The notes beneath the pieces are model-generated. The model was not told the origin of the DNA. It did no database searches and saw only the letters and a program-made list of their open reading frames with translations. A stretch of 64,000 nt of DNA from Perkinsus chesapeaki ATCC PRA-425 (taxonomy: Eukaryota; Protista; Perkinsozoa), in the NCBI GenBank assembly GCA_013115145.1, contig JAAPAO010000067.1, positions 1-64,000 of the forward strand, read 5' to 3'. Each line of letters begins with the position of its first letter. The first letter of the stretch is position 1. Positions 60,148 to 64,000 of the stretch are shown piece by piece. A program made the translations under genes and the position numbers.

Positions 60148-61462
60148 TATTGACTCTTTCTGTGGTATTCTTAGAAAAGTATCCTATGCCGTTTAGTTAT
60201 GCTGTTCTTGAAAGTTTCAAGTTGAAACGGTCTATCGGTATGATGATGTTGCTCCTCCAACGATCCGATGACATCCCTCATGCTTCACGGGTGTGTATTC
60301 CTGTAATCTGAGTACAGTACTCGTTTCACTAATCCAGGATATCATTATCATCACCCGCCTCATCCGCTATCATAAACAATGGGCAATAATTGGTCGCCCG
60401 TTCAACACAACAATCTTTTATAAGAAAGAACTTTCACTGGCCGGGAGCTGTGTTGAGTCAATCAAGATGAAGTGAACTAATTATTGATTCTTCGGGGTAA
60501 GCCGACTTTGGCGAGGTAGACGAAACCACCACCGCCGGCACATCATGGGTCTATTAAGTTAACCCACTCGATACAGGGTTCCGTGTATTGTTGCTGGGGG
60601 GTTCCAAGTTGCTCACTTCGAGGGTCGTCTCCAAACGTGTGCTGCAACTGAACATCACCCTATCTATCGCACCGTGTTGGGTGCACACAGTAAGTGTCGA
60701 CAACGCTACCGTACCCCAGTCTGCCGTCATCTACTTTAATGGGTCAAAGGATGGTCACTGACCATTGGTCAGCTGCTGAACGCAGCGGGCACTGACCCAT
60801 TGCCGAGCCAGAGGTGGCGGACATGCTGCGCAGTTGACTGTCTCATTGTATTGTAGTCTTGTGGTATTCTTCCCAGTGAGGCTCTATGGAGGTCTATTAT
60901 AGCTACAACAGGAGTTCACCTCTCCAGCTTAATCAAGGCTACGAGCTTGAATTGAAATGACCTCCCTCTGAACTAACGCTACTCAGGGATGAAACTCGGA
61001 CTCGAAACCCGAATAACTACTTATCCATCTTATGATACCTTATATGAACCAAGTTCTTATTAAAGGCACCTTGAGCATCGAGATATGTGGCTGAGATCCG
61101 CCTGGTGATTCCTTCGCCAAAAAATTAGTATGCTTGCACCAGCATGTGTGATGGACAATTGAGGTAACCACTGAACACACGATGTGTTGGTCTTATGGGT
61201 GTAGACTGTACTAGGCGTATAGCCCAATAACCAAGTTAAGTAAAAGACAACTACAACGGGACAAATTAGTTAACAATTCTGAGACTATCAGGGAATAGCG
61301 TCTGCGCATGATGCAAGAACGCTCGTCATAACGATCGATCAGGTTCAAGGTTCAAGGCTGGTATCAACAAGTGTTTATCCTACAAACGACAACGAGACCA
61401 TCATAACATATACACTGGCAGACGCGAAGCATAGAATAAGTAGAGATACTTGAGAATAGTCA

Positions 61463-62008
61463 TCAAGTTGATAGGCTCCTGCCGAAAGGATTCCTCCCCG
61501 GCCGATAACGGCTCTGTATCGAACAGAACAGAGCGACCACAACCAGATTCAAGCTTCTTCTGAAATCGGTACTTGTTGGCACAAGGTTAAGGCGAGACAA
61601 ACCCGGTCCTAACTCGAATATGTTGAGGACATCGTCCTCGGTGTCGTTTTCAGCCAAAAAAATAGTAGTAAAAGGGTTATCCCCGCTGAGATCAGCATGA
61701 AGTAATCCAGCATTCCTCATAGAAGAGACGAAGTCGGTGTAGGTTGACCCAGATGCACCAGGACTGCCCCACAGCAGATGGACAGGTATGGACACAGCAT
61801 CAGGGTCTCCAAGCTCATAGGGTACAAAAGCGTCGAGCCATTGGTCAGGGGAAGCAGCTTGGATGTATAACAGATCCCTGTCTGACTCAAATGTAACCAC
61901 AATCTGCCAATGCCCATTCGCAATAGAGAAAACATGCCCACGTGGAAACTCTTGACCGTAAGACATGGATAGCGCAGCCAAGAGTGAGCCAAAGAAGATG
62001 CTCTTCAT
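61463..62008 (-). CDS. Intronless secreted protein, paralog of 59593 (convergent orientation)
   Basis: Signal peptide MKSIFFGSLLAALSMSYG-QE and colinear similarity to 59593..60147. Confidence 0.8.
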   Translation of the reverse strand: MKSIFFGSLLAALSMSYGQEFPRGHVFSIANGHWQIVVTFESDRDLLYIQAASPDQWLDAFVPYELGDPDAVSIPVHLLWGSPGASGSTYTDFVSSMRNAGLLHADLSGDNPFTTIFLAENDTEDDVLNIFELGPGLSRLNLVPTSTDFRRSLNLVVVALFCSIQSRYRPGRNPFGRSLST

Positions 62009-62509
62009 GTTGAAGAGTATGAGTTAGCCTCAACGTAGCTGTGGATTGTAGCCTGTAGTTTTATTCGCATGTCTGATAGGCTATTCGCTAGACTCATCCC
62101 TACGGATTGACTCGATCGGCTAGCATGTGGTTTCCGGCTTCAGTAGTTTCCTGCTGCATCTGGCGATCGTGACGCATCTTGCGCGAAGAAGCCAATTGAT
62201 TCGTGGCTCTTGGCTCTATGATATGGCACTGTTATGAAAGCTCTGTTGAGCAGCGCTGCTTATCAAGCTTCCACGGAGCTAACGCATCAACGACGCGCGA
62301 TTATCATTAGACGGTGTCACTCTTATTCGACTAACACTCGGTGTATCCTATTATCTAACTGCCCCTCCTCGAGGCCCCTCGAATTGATTCTAAGGTTACT
62401 ATTACTGACCCTAGATAAGCCCCTCCGTAGAAGTCCGCCTTGAAATAGGCTCGAAACACCGCCATTCGTGGTAGTCTGAAGCTATGGTAGCTGGGAAGCA
62501 TCAACTTGA

Positions 62510-63290
62510 TCAATTGAGTGATTGCTCGTCATGCATATCTTCCGGATAGTGGCACCAGGAGTCGGTCGTGGTGTTCAATCGATCATCTTCCACCAGTCTC
62601 ACTGAATGTCCAGACCACGAGGCTCCGCCACCGCGAGGCACTTCGCGGACCGCGACACAAGCTAAATTAGGTTGGCTAATAGTTGGGGGAGCGAGGCACT
62701 CGGGAAGATGCCAGCCACTGTGACCGCGGAAACGAGTCGCGCTAGCCAATACGACTGAGCCACATACAAGATAAACTATGCATCTGTGGAACTCCGTAGG
62801 CTACCCAGGACCTGCCCAAACCCTCTGGCGGACCAATGAATTCCCCTAACAGACTTCCAGTATCGTAACAGCCCGTATGTACGCTCGCCCTCGTGGGAAA
62901 CTCCTAGTGAGACGCATCACCATTCTACCACTCCACGGATCATCACAACTGCCGACAGCCATACCCGATGAGAATATAGTAAACATCTTAGCTACTTCGC
63001 TCGAATTCGCGATCATGCTGGGGAGTCATCATAACGCTTCCACAACACTCATCGGACTTATCAGGTATGAATGCTGCACTATTCGATTCTTGGTAGGATG
63101 CTTGCAGTACTATTTTGCTGAGAAATATACTCACGACGTCTTCGTTGTTATACCCGAGATAGTCTTAGAGTTATTTCATCTTCACGTTGGCCCGCAGAGT
63201 ACACACGCGCTACAAACTTGGCTGTGTTGGCTTGGCTGTTCTGTCCCACACACAAGTTATCGGACGAGAGCCAAAAGGCTCTTCTAAAAG
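62510..63290 (-). CDS. Possible hypothetical spliced gene (unresolved)
   Basis: Short minus-strand open segments bounded by AG/GT, e.g. RAFWLSSDNLCVGQNSQANTAKF, AAFIPDKSDECCGSVMM and CDDPWSGRMVMRL. No known motif. Confidence 0.25.
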
Positions 63291-64000
63291 AGCCACTCGA
63301 CTTGATGGTTGTTTCCAGTGCTACCTAAGATATTCCTGCTCGCCTATATCCTATAGTAGCACGGCTTGTCAATGAATTATAGGCGATAACACTGCCAGCG
63401 ATGATGTGCACGATAATGGAATGGTGGACTGAGTGCCATTCAGTGGTGGAGCTGGAGTCTTAAAGTTGAAGCTCTCTTCAAGTGACAGGCAAGTGAACTG
63501 TATTGAGTAAATTAGTAGAAATAGAAGCAATGACAATGGGATATGCCTACTGGAAGTATGCTGAACCCAATAAGTGAGATTCTATAAATGACATGATGCG
63601 AGATTCAAGTTTGATTTGGGTGTGTAGTACACAACGTGTGTCCGCGTGACCTGGGTACGAAAACTAACAACACCATATGAAGTATGAATGAAAAGTATTC
63701 ATGCAGAATGACTGTCAGAAACAGAGTAGTGTTGTTCTTCATTCTATCCGCTACCGTAGATGACCATATTATGTACTTCGCCTCATCACGGAAGCAGGGG
63801 GCAACTTGGTATGGAGAGTGGTTATCTAAGAGACGGTCATTGATTAGAGGGGTATCTTGCTACCAGCTCTATATGCGCCGGTGCTTTAGCAGTCTGTTTC
63901 CTCCAAGTGTCTCGATCAAATACAGCAAAGCTTGCTCTTGGTTTCTTCGCTTCCGACGTCGAGCTTTCCCCTACAAAAATGTCAGCGGTGCATTATTTCA

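Overview
This is eukaryotic, intron-dense genomic DNA with many ~40-60 nt GT-AG introns, very short intergenic gaps and long same-strand gene runs. It is most consistent with a perkinsid alveolate such as Perkinsus (inferred from gene architecture, not database-confirmed). Exon/intron models were assembled by eye and internal boundaries are approximate. Recognisable genes: two tandem family-6 UDG-superfamily (hypoxanthine-type) DNA glycosylases, NOP10, an ABHD1/3-like hydrolase, a helical-repeat (HPR/OPR-like) protein, a DYRK-like CMGC kinase with an acidic N-terminus, a four-bromodomain protein, a class I SAM methyltransferase, glucosidase II beta, a long-chain acyl-CoA synthetase, an intronless double-pepsin-domain pseudoprotease and five intronless signal-peptide genes of unknown family. 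The standout is a ~7.8 kb spliced gene (48900-56724) that appears to fuse isochorismate synthase (MenF), SEPHCHC synthase (MenD) and SHCHC synthase (MenH). It is a PHYLLO-like menaquinone/phylloquinone-pathway fusion that lacks MenC and has no evident plastid-targeting signal. Non-coding DNA is rich in perfect palindromes with a 1-nt centre, often chained, and the 11-mer GCGGAGCGAAG occurs at least 7 times. No CRISPR array, rRNA, intact tRNA or intact mobile element was seen. There is one assembly gap (98 N).
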